From positions 2,115,027 through 2,179,026 of the forward strand of contig CM082588.2 of assembly GCA_040954595.2 (NCBI GenBank): 64,000 nt of DNA. The letters are read 5' to 3'. The position numbers were made by a program, and so were the translations under genes. The DNA comes from Balanoglossus misakiensis (Eukaryota > Animalia > Hemichordata). Positions 18,129 to 33,100 of the stretch are shown here, piece by piece (positions within the stretch are counted from its first letter, which is position 1; the number at the start of each line of letters is the position of its first letter). The notes under the pieces are model-generated. The model made no database searches, was not told where the DNA came from, and worked only from the letters and a program-made list of their open reading frames with translations.

Positions 18129-21100
18129 ATGGTGTTTGAGTCAATCCTTGTTGGCTTGTTGAACACATACCTGGGGAGGTACATTGAAAACCTCGACACA
18201 GATAATTTGGATATTGGAATCTTTAAGGGTAAGTTTATCAGTAAATTTTCTAAGGTAATGGAAGTTATCAATACATCAGCTCAGAAAATAAACATAGTTT
18301 CAGGACAGACAATTTGTAATCATTTGATACTGTGATTACTTTCTGAAGAGTCTACGTGCAATTTGTGAAAATGCCTGCCAGAACTGTTACGCAAACAGAT
18401 TTTGAAAATTATAATGGATGGGTAGCTGTAAGTCTTCCGTCACAAATGTGCAGAAGGAATTATCGCCCGGAGACCAAAGCTGCGAGATTTTTGTAACTTC
18501 TGATTGAAAATGAACTTTAAGTGCTTGGAAGTAATGAAGACGTGTAGGGGTAGTATCGCCGTTGGACAATGACAGATTGGATGTTCATGATCCAGTTGTT
18601 ACAGATACAGACAGATCTGTGCAAAGACCTCGAGCATTTCAATAATTGTGATCTCTTTGCCCAGACTTCTCAGCTACACAATTTGGCAGTCATATTCTAA
18701 GGGCAGTATAATATGCCTGGATGAATGTTACCAGGGTTCCCCAGTCATTTTACTGGGGTTCCCATTGGTTAGGCAGTTATATTAATGGTTAGCAAAAATG
18801 TTACCTGGTTCCCAAATCATTACCCAGTGTCCCCAACTCTTAGGAAAATCACTGATATTAAACCAGCTCCAAGCCAACATTCAGAATATAATGTCTTTTA
18901 TATTTGTATCTTTCAGGAAATGTTGAGCTGACAGATTTGAAGCTGAAACCCGAAGCACTGGTGAGTCTGCAGAACTGTTCTGCGTTAAATACAGTGAAAA
19001 AAACCTGACTTAACACCATATTTTTAATGTTATAACGAGCAGGTGATTGGGTTCTGTCTGATAATATCATCAGTTGTCACACATAAATGAAATCCTCTCA
19101 GAGGATATTGAAAATGATATCATTTAATCCCTGAAGAACGTAAAAGCAACGCTGTCCCTTTTTGCTGCTGCTTTGAAACAGATGTTATCTCTATGCTTCT
19201 TGAAAAAAGCCAAGGGCACAATATGGAATACGTTTTTTGACGGAAAAAAATCGTTGAGCTCTGGTAGGTACTATATGGAATTAGTATCTCCAGTATTGTT
19301 CAGTTGAATAACTAATGATCTTCACTGTTCACTGCAGAATACAGAATTATGAGCATGTTTGACTGAATCTAAATTTTTAACTACCCCATAATCCCGTGCT
19401 TCACCTCTCTGCTGAATAATCTTTTCCCTCTGCTTTTTTGAAATTTGATATTTTTTGCTGTAAAAATGATCACATTAAAATTTTCAGTAAAATCTAGTTT
19501 CGGTAAAAAGTGCCATGAGGAGGCATTGTAGTTTCACTTTCGTAACCATGACAGGAGAAATTGCTTTTATTTCTGAATTTGTTTCAATAATTACAGCTGA
19601 AAATGGTATTAGTGCTAAGCTGAAGTAACTCATGATTGAACTTTTGAACTTTAATATTTACAGAATCTAGAACGGGGTTCCTGCCACTATGATCAATTGT
19701 TCACACATCATTATTATTCCCCAGACGACCCTCGCTGACTTCTTCACTTTGAATAATTTATATAGACAGCCAAGCCCCTTTACGTTCTAAGGCTCTTGTA
19801 CTAAACAAGAACCTGTTGAACTGAAAATTTCATTTCAAATCTCCTCGGCACATTACAGCTCCACTGATTCAGAAATAATTTGCCAAACTCTGCTGTTAAA
19901 GGAGATATTACTCAGATGACTATTTTTATCCTGTTCGAAATGTCAATTTTCAATTATGATCCTCAAAAATGATGGATGGTTTGAGGGGATTTTATTATAT
20001 CCTTTGAAATGACAGTGTTTATCAGTGTGCACATCGCATCAAAAACATGTACCGTAGTATTATAGATACAAGTACTATTATGAGGGAATTTATTGTTTCT
20101 CAAATTATGTTTTCTATTTTTCCCCAGTTTGAGTTGAATTTGCCCATTGAGGTGAAGGCTGGCCATGTTGGTAAGTTGTTCAATAAATTAATAACATCAC
20201 AATCATAAAAGTAAAAGAAAAGATTAAGTTATTTCCAGGAGGGGTTAAAATTAGACTATACTTGTTACACCCTTTCTTATTCTTTCACCTTTGCCTCCCA
20301 TCATAGAAAAAATCTCCTTGGCAGTACCATGGACATCACTGTACACGTTACCAGTCATTGTGGTGGTTGAAGGCGTCCACGTTTTGGCTGGACCAGTGAC
20401 CGACCGACCGTACGACGCTGCCAAAGAAGCCAGGTTGGAAAATGCCATCAAGCAAAAATTACTACAGGAGCTGGACAAGGCCAAGAAAAATGCTGATATC
20501 ACTAGTGAGTGTTGCAGTATGTTTTTCGTGTCGATTCTTAAAAATGTGTACCTGATGTGATTGCTGTTTAATCATAACTGTCTATTTTTGTCAAATAGGT
20601 GAAGAAGAAAAGAAAAACATGAGTTTCACAGAGAAATTAGTGGCAAGCATCATTAACAATGTTCAGGTAAGAAAATATATCAGATTAAGTATAATTCTGG
20701 AAATGTAAAGATTATTGTAAGTTGTAAGAAGACAGCGAGGAAGCATCAGGGGAGAAGGGGGGTTTCTCTCAGGTTTCTCTTAAATTTCAAATCTGGAAAT
20801 ACATCCCTGAAAATCTGACAATATATCCCTGAAAATCCGATCATCACCCAACGCTTATATCTCTGACATTTTCAAATGTATGTAACTTTAATTCATTGGT
20901 GTAGGTTACCCTGAAAAATGTACACGTTCGATACGAAGACACAGTGACGTACCCCAACAACCCCATAGCATTTGGTGTCATATTGCAAAGTTTAACAGCT
21001 CAGACCACAGATGATTTATGGCAACCCACACAGGTTGATGCTTCTGTGTCAGTTATGAGGAAGGTGAGTATAGGGAGAAGTTTGAAGATTTGGAAAAAAA

Positions 21101-24100
21101 AGTTTCAACGGTATCTGACAGTTTTCAAAGTTTGTTTTGATGAACAGTACTTCTGGTGTGTGCAGTGAAAAGTTAATAAGTGAATGCGGATAGTTTAATT
21201 GACACAAACTTTGCCAACTTTTAATTTTAATTTCACTATGCAGTTGATGAAGATGGAGTCCCTGGCAGCGTACTGGAACTCGCCTGCTCTGACTCGTGTG
21301 GGGCCACACATCAACGATTCGTCATGGTTACAAATGATGTATGATATTGTCAACCAGCACAGGATAGGCCAGGAAGTGATCGATTTTGGTAAGATGGAAG
21401 TTTTTTCTCTTTGAAGCATTGTTGTATACAGTACGCTTGAACTCACTCTGTTGTTTGATCTTTGCCTCAACCATCTCAGTCAGTTCTCGGCCAGTCTTGG
21501 ACTTCCCTTTCCCTACATCTCCTCTGCATCTGCCATCCATCTTCAACAATCTGCATCTTCGCTTTCATTACAGTGATCCACCCGATTTCAACCGAGGCAA
21601 GAATGTCCTACGACAAATCTGACATGAACCTGATGGAGCCCAAACTGATGCTGGACATTGTCGTGGAGGAAATATCAGCTGCCCTCTCAAGACAGCAGTA
21701 CGTAGAGGTTTTGGATCTTGTGCAGTCTTTCAAGATGATGGAAATCAACAAATTGTATCGAAAATTCGAGCCGGTTGTGCCTATCAAAGGCCATGCAAAG
21801 GAGTGGTAAGTGATGGGTTCAATTTACTGGTAATTCATTATTCCAAATTAGAAAAAAAAAATTGACTTAGAGTTGTATCATCTTGACTTAGATTTTAATT
21901 CCTTCAACACACAGGTGGCATTACGCATATAAATCCATCTTGGAAGAACACATCAGACCATGGTCGTGGGAAAACATCAAAGAACACAGATACCTGTACA
22001 AAGAGTACGTCAAAGTTTACAAGACTAAGCTCGAAAATCCGGACAAGGCAGAACAGTACAACCGAGAACTACGGCAGCTGGAAGAAAGATTGGATGTGGC
22101 AAATATCCTGATGGCCAGGGAGCATGCCAGGATTGAGGTAAATACCACTTTTTCTATGTTTACCCTTTTTTATTTTGTGCTTAAGAGAATGATATTTAAA
22201 GCCCCATTAAGCATTAAATAATCTCGGATATGCTTTTAAATAATCTCGGATATGCTTTTCAGTATATTAGGGAAGCACCTGAAAGAGAAAGAAAGAAGAA
22301 GAAAGAAGAGTCTTCTAAGTGGTCAATCTGGAGCTGGTTTACTGGGAGCACAGATAGTGATGATGGCATTGATGTTCATGAACCAGAAACAACAGGTAAT
22401 GTTAAAGGAAAAGTGTTGTCAGAACTGCACATGTGCATATTTTCTGTTTATATAAACACACATCGAACCTCAGGCATGATTCTCAATCGAAAACAATGAT
22501 CTTTTTCAGGCATACTTGATACATTGTCAGAGAAAGAGAAGGAGGAATTGTACAAAGCCATTGGCTATGATGAAGAGATCATAGAAAGAGCTGAGGATAA
22601 ACCTCCTGATGTGAGTACTTCACCCTCAAATATGACCCTGATATACCCTGTTTTTCTTGTGGAATTTCTAAACCTACCACACAAGATTGTGAGGACATCC
22701 TATTTTTGAAGACTCTTTGGGTGGGACATGGTATAATAAGCAAACTTTTTTGTGTTGTCACTCAGAGATTGTTTTATTAAACTCCATCATGTCAGGAAGT
22801 AAACACTGAACAAATTTTCACCAGTATCTGTTTGCGCTGTTTTTTTTTTCTTTCAGTATGTGGAGAGGAGGTTTACATTTACCCTGCAAAATTGTGCTGT
22901 TTCACTACGGAACATCAGTGACATCATGAAATTCTCATTCCATAACATGGTTACCTCCTTTGAGCAGAGACCCTCAGCCGATGCTTTCAAGTAAGTTTAA
23001 TCTTTGAAGTAGTCATATAAAAGACGATTTGGTGGTGCACTTTTTGGCTCGGTCAACCCACGAAAATATGTTATTGGCTGGATCATTTTTCATGATAACT
23101 GTGGCCAATTTCCCTTCATTTATTTCCATTTTTTCTTCTCTGATGATCATGCCAGTTTGCTGTTTTGTTTCTTTCTGGAAGTTTGCTTATTGTTCAGAAG
23201 ATTTTGACTCTTTCACTTCTTGTCTCCTCCAGGGTGAGAACGAGCACAACCAGCGTATTGATCCAAGGTTGTACCGCAAAGCAGGAACTCATTCCAATCC
23301 TGACATCAGAGAAGACTAGGACCAATGGTTATGGCTCACAGGTGTTCAGTCTGGAGTTTGAAACTAATCCCTTGTCAGTCAATGCTGATACTTTGCTGGC
23401 CGTCACCATGGAACCTGTTGAAGTAATTTACCATGATGTGAGTTTGATCATTTTTTGTGTCGAGTCCAGTTGTACATACAACACGTATGATACCACAGTT
23501 GTAAGTGTGGCAGATCTCTCTGATGCAATAGTTGTTCTTCATGTTGCCATCTCGCCGATAATTTGGGTAGTTCTGTTGTTCTGGAAAACAATTTAGGGTA
23601 ATGTTTTTTTATTTTTCTTCACTGCAGCATACATTATCTGAATTGATGACCTTTTTCACCATACCTCAAGTCGATGTCGAAGGCCTCAAAGCAGCAGCTT
23701 CCAACACGTTGCAAGAGATTGCAGTTGTTACACGAGCGAATCTGTCATATGCAATAGAAAACCACAAGGTAAGAGGAGCCTGGCTTTTTTTAACTTTGCA
23801 GACACGATTTGCTGTGAATATATTGTTCTTCAAAAGAGCTCGTAGCAATGATAATGGTCAAGTTTAATGGTCAGTTTGTCTTGTGTTTCAGACCATCCAT
23901 GTCGACATTGATGTGAAGTCTCCATACATAATCATACCAGAGCATGGTTCCATTGACAAGGGTGGCCATCTTCTAATTCTAGACCTGGGTAGTTTGACTG
24001 TTACCAGCGATTTGCAGACCAGTGCACCAATACTTGACGGAGAGGTATTTAAGATATTTTCCCCATAAATATGTCGAGACATATGTAAGAAAATAGAGTG

Positions 24101-27100
24101 CTAATTCTTATAAGACAAATGAGAGATAGTTGACAAGACTGACACAACATGCTAGCACTGCTACGGTAGTTTTATTTCAGCTGCTTTTGGAGTTTAGTTC
24201 TCAAGAGGTAAAGAGGACCACTGATTCAACAAAGGAATGGATTTTGTACTCTTTGTTATTACTGCAGGAATCTACAATGACAGAAATAGAACAGAGGCTG
24301 TATGATAAATTCAGCATCAGAATAAGTGACATTCAAATCCTGTTTGCCCAAGCAGGTAAGGAAATAAATGTTATATGTGGAGCAAATGTTTCTGCCCTTT
24401 GCTGTTACGCACTCACCAGCTCATAATATGTGCCGATAAATTGTACCTCAATCCCGCTACTTCTGTCCAAGCCAATGCTACCTTCAATGTAATAATTAAC
24501 ACTACTAACATGTGGCCGTCACGGAGTTGAATTCAGGAAAAATCTTTATAATATTAAGTCTGCCTGGTCAAAATGCCAAGACCATTTACGCAGTGTAAAG
24601 GGAAAAACTCCTATCTTCAAATTACCTTTTGATAATAATGAACAAACAATATGATTTCTAGACGTCTATCCATATGGAAAACGGGACTGTGAGTATAACC
24701 TTATTTTATGATGGAGTTGACGGATTGTCTTTAAGACTTTTGCATGTATTATCATCATAAAGTTTATTTACAAATTCGGTTTCTGTCTCTAGTAAAGTTA
24801 TTGGTGAAAAGTGTTTGCAACTCCAGGACAAGGTTTGCGCTAATTTGTATAATTTCTTCAAAATCAGCTTCTAATAGTTACTGAGTTTACTAAGCTCATC
24901 ATAACACAGATATTGTTGGATAAATTGGGCAAATTTTCTGTTCAGTGGTTCACAGCAGCACCGAAACCTCTCTTCCGGTAACCACACACTTGCGATGCTC
25001 ACTTTATTTTCCTTTGCTTTTACAGTAATGCACCAAGTATGCATGAGCGGTTTATAAGATCATAATCAATCTCAAAGCCTTGTAGAATAGAAGGCAGTAA
25101 GGTTCATGTACATCATATAATCAACACATATTCATATCACATGATCGACACATGCACATCACATGAGCAACATCTGCAAACACATTATAGACACATGTGT
25201 ATGATGCCTATGATGCAATTAAAAACATTTTAGTTCCCTTCTTGTAGGAATAAACCAGGCACCTCTGAAAACTGAATAATTTCCTCGGTCCCTTTGAAAT
25301 ACGGTTCGGACAGGTTCCATTGTAGTACTCGGGATGAATTGAACATTGTTTTCTTGAATAAAGTTAACCAATTTTATATTGTTATTTTTCAGATGAAGAT
25401 TGGCATAATGCTCATGCCCTGAAAGACACAGAATATCATCTGCTTCCCAGTACTGCCCTCCTTGTCTCCGTCTTTCTGAGTGTCAAGCCAGACTACAAAC
25501 TATTCCCTCAGTGAGTTCTCAATAATCAGTACAGTAACTTTTCTCAGGTCTATTTTCGACCAGTATGAAGTGCTACCTCTACTTTCCATATGCAATCTTT
25601 CAGAGCTATTGGTTTTGCAAATGAAATGTCACCATCATGTTTTTTCCTCTCTATCCAACAGGACAAAACTGGAGGCTGTCTTGCCGTCGCTGAAAGTCAG
25701 TGTTTCTGATGAAAGACTTAAATCATTGTTGAAGGTGAACACCTGTCTTGAGTTTGTTCGAATAGTCACTTTGCCATGATTTTAACTATATCAGTTTTAC
25801 TTCATTCACGTATGTTTATCATGTGTCATTTATTCACAGTTTGCTCAAAACTTGCCACTGCCAAGCCAGAAAGTCTCTAAAGTGTCCATCACGAGTGGGA
25901 CAATTCCAAAAACGGTAAGGTCATTCCTTTTATGGTGTCCATCAGTTTCAAGGTGTGAACTCACTTTGTGATTTCTTAAGGTTCCTTTATTGAGGACAGA
26001 GCATCTCAGTGAAGTTTTAAAAGCATCAACGCTTGACATTGTGTCTAGAATTGTGGAATGTAAATGATCATAATTATATGTGGGTGCGATTGCAGGATCC
26101 CAGACATGTCAAACAAGAAGTGACCATGCAGACATTGAGACGAATCCGCAAGTCTGTATCCAGGAAACCCAAGCAGGTCACAGTAGAAGATGTGGTTGAT
26201 GCCGGGAGACCAGAGTTGGAAGCCCAGCCTTCAGTTGCAGGTGAGAGTTTGTGCAGGAAATTGTGCAGGAAATGTATTAAAACTTAGCTTAAACTTGCAG
26301 TAAATAATATGTACAGCTCTGCTGGTGAGGCAAGAAATAAATCGCTGGATTTGATTAATTATCAAAGATTCAAGCTTGTCAAAAAATTATCACAGATATC
26401 TATAATTAATAACCAGTAAGGATTTGTCAAATGCATAAATTAATCTACAATTCACGTCTTTTCTCTGCATCTGGATTTTTTTCCCATCACTCATTTTTCC
26501 TCTATCTCTGTTTTCTTGTTTATCTTGATAAATTCCTCGTGGAATGGCTTGCCATATTGTGTGTTTATCTTTGATGTCTTTTCCTTTGATCATGTTCATT
26601 TCTTGGATTTATCATCTGTTATTTTGATAAATGACATTGTATGCATTTGATGTGTGCATCCACTGTTCCCCCATCTCCTACAACCCTCCCTCCCTCCCTC
26701 CCCCAACCCACTCCACCCCATATCCTGTAAAAACACATTCTATCCCTGAAATGCCGCAACTGTACTGCCGGCATATCATTGCATGCCATAGACTCAGAAC
26801 CATACTATTCCGCCTCTGATCATTCCGATGAAGAAATCCAGGAATGGGCCAGCATGCTGGAAGTGCCGGCGTTCGAAGACACGGCCAGCGCCAACAACAA
26901 CACCACCATGTTGCTGAGATTCATCATCAGGGAGGTAGGAAATCCACAACCACTCATAACATTCTATAGAATTCTATAGAATTTCTATGAATTTCTATGA
27001 AAGTCTATAGAAATTGAGATTTCTACAGTTATTTTCATTTTTCTCTTGTAGGTGATGTTTTTACTGTCCAAAGTCGAAAGTGATAAACCAGCACCTGCGA

Positions 27101-30100
27101 TGGAGACGGCAGCTAAGGTGTCCATGGATTCAGATACCGAACCAGAAGATAATGTAGACAATGAATATCTAATGTTTCGCATTGATTCCCTGTGCACTGA
27201 TATAGCTGTATCGGCATACAGCCACACAATTCATGTTGGATTGGGTGGTATACAAGTCATAGATAAAATACATAAACGTGAGTATTTGATTTTATTTAAT
27301 AAGCACCCACTATTATTTAGATTTCATCCTCAGCAAGGACGAAAGAGTCAGTGATTTTCACGTTCTAATTGAATTCAGCTCATGTTCTAAACACAGACTC
27401 ATAGTTGTGTTCCAATTTGGTGTTCCAGAGATGGATGGTACCTACCTTCACCTGATCAGCTCACCGACCAAAATGGAACTAATTTCAGTACTATACAGAA
27501 AAGTAAGTACTCACATGACTTTGATGTTTGGAACATTTCTTGGCGCGTGTTTTGTTTTTGGTCATTTCCGAGTGGATCTTCTGTATGATAATTTTGAATG
27601 TCCCATCTGACAGGTTGACCCCAAATGTCCAGACTTCTTTTCGTACTACAACGCCATGGAGCAGGCCGCGGTCGTCAAGTTCACTGCCCTCAACGTGGTC
27701 TTCCACAAAGACGCTATGCTGCATCTCAAAGAATTCACAGAGGACCTGCTGAAAAGGTCTGTGAGATATTTGTTTACCATATTTTGGCCAGAAGAACTTG
27801 CATCTGTGTACATTAGAAAACCAACAGAATTACAGATCCTTCATAAACATTACATGCATTCAAGATACCCATATTTATTCTTGATATACAGTGCAGCTCC
27901 ACTGACAGCCAGTGATTCACCAGTCACAGAGTCGGGACCATCGTTTGCAATTCCACAACAACCTCAACAGTTGCCGGCAATTGAAGAAACCAAAGAAGAA
28001 TCAGCAAAGCAACCATCTGCACCATCAGGTGAACATTTTGTGTCCATATATTTTTGCAAATACGGTGCTTTAAATTAGCCCTTGCCTGTATTATAATTTT
28101 GTAAATGTTCTGCTGTCGTATTGGAGTTCATAGAAGATAACATTGAGCATATATTCTAAGTGTGTTGTGTTGTAATTTTTGCAATGTTTGGTTTATTTCC
28201 ACAGATGCAAAACACATCAAATTCTTCGTAAGGGCCAAGCTGGACTACCTGTCACTTACCCTGTGCGATACCCACAACAATCTGGCTGAGGTGTTTGTCA
28301 GAGATCTTGAATCTGCAGTCACCATGAAAGTTAGTAGGACTACTATAAGGGCAAGGTGAGTGAAGGTTTGAAAGAGAGAGAAAGAGGAGAAGAAAGGGAG
28401 GAATTAAGTTGAACAGGATGATAGATTCTTTGGATAGTATGCTTATTTCATTTTGCTGTCATCTACATTTCAGGCTGAAGGATTTATCGATAGAAGATTC
28501 AATGAGTAGCAATCTGTATACCAAGATAGTCTGCATAGAAGATGCGACAGTCTTTGATGTCAAGGTAATGTCTGTTCTTCCATCATGTATGTCTGCGTAC
28601 AGACAGTTGGTCATTTGCTAAATTCCTACATGACCGTATTTTAATTTGTGTTAAACATTGAGTCCATTGATATTGTCTAGTTGAATCATAAGTTTATTTC
28701 AAAGTTATCTCTGACATAAATTGCAACTGTTCTGCCATTTCAGTTCATCATGTTCAACCAACAACCAAATGAAGTGTTTGCCACAGACATCCAAACATCT
28801 CCCATTCCGTTAGACTACAGTCTCCGACTCCGAATGGGACGTGTACAGTTTGTCTTCCTCAACAAATTCATCACTGATTTAGTTGTAAGTACAGTCTGCT
28901 TTGCTGTCTCGTTTTCCAAAAAGAAATTCTACAAAACGTATGATAGGTCATCAGCTGATCTGTGATGTTTGTGTTTTCTTTGGCAGAAATTCTTTGAACC
29001 ATTCACCAGTAAAGAAGCCATCGCCTCGGCAACAGAAGCGTCTTCAGATTTTGTCCAGAAACAGGTATTGGCTGTGTTTTAAGTGTATCATCATGCGTCC
29101 AACATGCATCGGTATTATTGAATGTTCTTTCTTTCCCGGAAAACCCTTGTACTTAACAAAAATTGTGGAAAGGGAAAGTTCCCCACAGCAATGGATCCAG
29201 CCATAACCAATTATACACAAGATGCCTGAACCATCCAATGTATATCTATTTTAAGGTTGTAGACATCCAAAGACAAGGTAAGAAGATCGGATTGAACATC
29301 AACATCCGGGCGCCGGTAATACTGATCCCACAGAGTTCCCAGTCTGCCAACACTCTGATAGCTCATCTGGGAGACCTGACTGTCCGGAATGGATTCGAAG
29401 AAGCTTCGATTCCGGAGGGCGTAAGTGTGGACCGTAAACCGCTGGTGGACCACTTGAAAGTGGAACTCAATGCCTTGCAGGTGTCAAGGTTAGTGATAGG
29501 GTTGGGACTTCAGTCAGTATGGCGCTGGAGTCTTTCTGGTAACATTTACATATTTACAGGAGTTTTTAAAAACAAAATTTAACAGACTGAACTTATTGCA
29601 TAGTCTGGAGACATCATCTTAATTAATTCTTTTATTGTTTGTTTCTGTATAGAGCTATGATAGTTGAGAATCAAGCATATGGTGCCCGTTGCCTCATTGT
29701 AGAGCCAGTTAGTTTGCACCTAGACATCAAACGGGCATTGCAGCCAACGATCAGTCAAGTTCTCCTCTTCGACATCTCAGCCAGACTTGAGAACATCAAG
29801 GTGAGACACAGTGAGACTGTGTGACCCCTACATCACATTTCATCCTAGTTTATTGTGTCATCAGATTGTGAATTTATTCTGTTCATTTCTCTACCATGCC
29901 TTAAGCAGAAAGTTTGTATTTTTCCATGATTGTCATTGTTCAACCAGATATTTCCTGATTTCTAATATTGACAGATTAACCTTGGTGAGCAGGACTTGGC
30001 CACCATGATTGCCGTGACAACGCAAAACTTACGAGAAGGACAGACAGAAGAAATTGAAGTTATTCCAGAACCCACAGGTAAGGCTTTGATTAATTTGGTC

Positions 30101-33100
30101 AAAACATAAATTTTTTGTCCTTGAATTTGTTGTGTCAAGAGGCAAATAAATTATTCTGAAATAATTAGTGATCATAAATTCTATTTTACTGCATGTTGCT
30201 TCCTAGTTGAGGGTCGTATAGAAATTCCGGCTGAAGTGGCTTTGCTTGCAGCTGAGAATCTGGCGATGCGGGAAGACAGCGGCATTGATGAGGATTCCTC
30301 GGCTGACGAGAGAGAGGATAGACCGGTGGTGCATGGCAACTGGAAAGAGACAAGGATTTCGTTCAGCATGGAGGGTGTAGACTTGGAGCTGTTTACGAAC
30401 GAACCAAGATTGGTGAGTGTGAAGTATTAGAGTTCAACGCTTCTTTCTTCTTGTTGTACACTTTGAGCTGTATGTGGATTTTGCGTAGTGATATTCTATG
30501 CAGACAGACATTGAAACTGATTTCAGTAAGAAATAATACCCAGTTGTGTTGCCATATACAACCAACAGGACAAGGGTGGCTCCTCGGGTCTTCAGCTCAG
30601 AGATCAGAAACACGGCCTCTCTCAGTTCATGATGCACGAAGTCGATGTGACGGCATCGATCTACAACGACAAATCCATGGAAGTGAAACTGATGCTGAAT
30701 TCTATCAGCCTTGAAGACATCCGCAAGAACAGCCCTCTGGCCATCAAAAGGTCAGTTGTTGAAAATTACCTTCTATGCTTTTTGATTGATGTTGCTGATA
30801 ATAAGAGGACTTGCTCCATTGAATGATCAATCTTAGTGGTTCATTCACATCTTTCATAATGTTATCTTCTGATTTCAGGATGTTTTATAAATTAAACAAG
30901 ACAACTGTGAGGAAGATAGAATCAGAAGATGAAGAGAAGATTGTGAAAACCAAAATCATTGGGCCCATGTTAGATGTCACCTTCAAGCAGCGACCTAATG
31001 GAGATAAAACTGGTGAGTGTACGAGGAGCCCTGAAAATAATGTGAAGGAAAAGTTTATTGACTTGGTCCATGTGAATTAATGCAATCTCTTTTATCCCTA
31101 GTTGATGCCCTGGTTGACGGTATTCGCATCAACGTCTGCACACACTACTACCTTGCTGTTCTGCACTTCTTCACAAGCGCCATGCCCAAAAAGAAAGAAG
31201 ATGCTATCATCATTTCGCCAGTTACCACGCCAACAGAAGGAACGGCAGCGTTACCCGAATCTCCATCCCTGGCCGCAGGGAGCAGTGGCAGCCTGACTGT
31301 GTACGCCGCACTCAAGAGGCCAGAGATTGTGTTGTTTGCAGAACCGACAAGTGCTGAAAGCCAAGTGTTGGTGTTGAAGGCAAGTTGTAGAGTGGAATGG
31401 TAGTAAAGAGGATCAGACTAGATTAGACCTGGATATGATATTATACAGTGTTTTGTAAATGATAAGGCTGCAGACCATTCACTGGCTCACCACTCTATAT
31501 TCTTTTCTGTAGACTGAATTGGTGATGGACTACAGTAGTCGTGGAGGACAGGATGACATCGCTGCTAATGTGAAAAAGCTACACATCATTTCTTGTGTGC
31601 ATTCCATTCCACGTGAAACGACCAATGGGGTAAGTTGTTTGGATCTGTGAATCACATGGTGAAATCAAGAGTTTAGGCATGATCAATACACAAGAGTAGA
31701 CTTTACCTCATTGGACAGTCACTGTAAGTATATTAAGTCATGCCAGCATGACATAAAAACAGAAAAATTCTTACGTGCAGTATTTTGTGTTGTTTTGTGC
31801 TAGGTTCTGAGTGAGTGTAACATAACATTCAGCAGGAACTCATCACCCACCACTGGCGAAGTGACAGCTATCAATTTCACCCAGGTAGATCTCAACATAT
31901 CACCAACCACTGTGCATATTATCAAGGGTGTCATTGAAGATTTCAGTGCATTGAACCAGGTGAGTTTAACTTGCTTTGTACACAGCCAGAACAGTTCAAT
32001 CTTGATAATATACAATGTTAACAATTGTGCTGAATACAGATTAGCCTACATGGCTTTTTATTCATATCTGAATGTTTTGTTTTATTTATGTTAACAGACT
32101 CCTCCAGATACCCCATTACCACATGAAATTGAAGTTCCAGAACACCTGTGGACTCCCAAATCTATCAATCAAGAAGATTATGCGAAAAGTTTGGCAAGTA
32201 AGTCACCAGTTACAAAAATGTTCACTTTTTTGTCATATTTTTGAGTAGGGATTGTGGAATGGATGATGACTTTCTTGCTGACTCTGAATGGATTTGTTTT
32301 GCGTTCTGTCCTGTAGTTCCGAACGATGATGACGTTGATTTAGGAACGGAACTGCTAGAAAAGAGAGAGGAACTGTCCGTGACAATTCCAAAAGTAAAAG
32401 TGTTGGTCGTGCTGGAAATTGGAAAGGATCTCGCACCCAGGGTGCAGCTGGAGACATTGGTCGATTCAAAAATCAAGAATTTGTCCACCAGGGTAAGAGC
32501 AAGCCTGCAATTGTACCCCACATTACATTTTTACTAGTGATTCAGTACTCAGTTCGGTTGAAGTCCTTTGCCCTGTGACATCTGTTATTTCCATGAAAGT
32601 ACAGTCTGGCAGTTTCATACATAATGTAAAACATTGGATTACTTTTCAACAGATGCACATGGAGACTGAACTTCGCCTGGAGATGTCGTACTACAATGAA
32701 AAGTTGGACATCTGGGAGCCACTGATAGAACCAGTCATGGAGGCAGAGAATATATACAGACCATGGGAAATGACTGTCAAGGTAATAATCCCCCCAAAAT
32801 CAACATGTTTGTTTTGTCTGGATTGGCATGCTATCCCCTGAATATGTGTGTACCTATGTACCTATGTAATCATTTCTGTATTATTACATGCACAGATGAT
32901 GAAAGCACAAAGCCGTTCGATAAACTGTGCCTCCAGTTCTCCACCAGCAGGGATGGATACAATTGATGGCCTACAACCCATACCGTTGCCGAATGTGTAC
33001 GAGCCATCAGACAGTGAGACAGACACCGACACGGATGACGAAACAGAAGGTGATGGTGATGGGCACTATAGTAGTAGTTATTTTGATAGTAGTGGTAAGT

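Noticed and set aside
25255-25325. Pogo/Tigger-like terminal repeat (rc TACAATGGAACCTGTCCG...) in a VPS13 intron
   Set aside because: Only one end is recognisable, with no convincing partner TIR; too weak to call.
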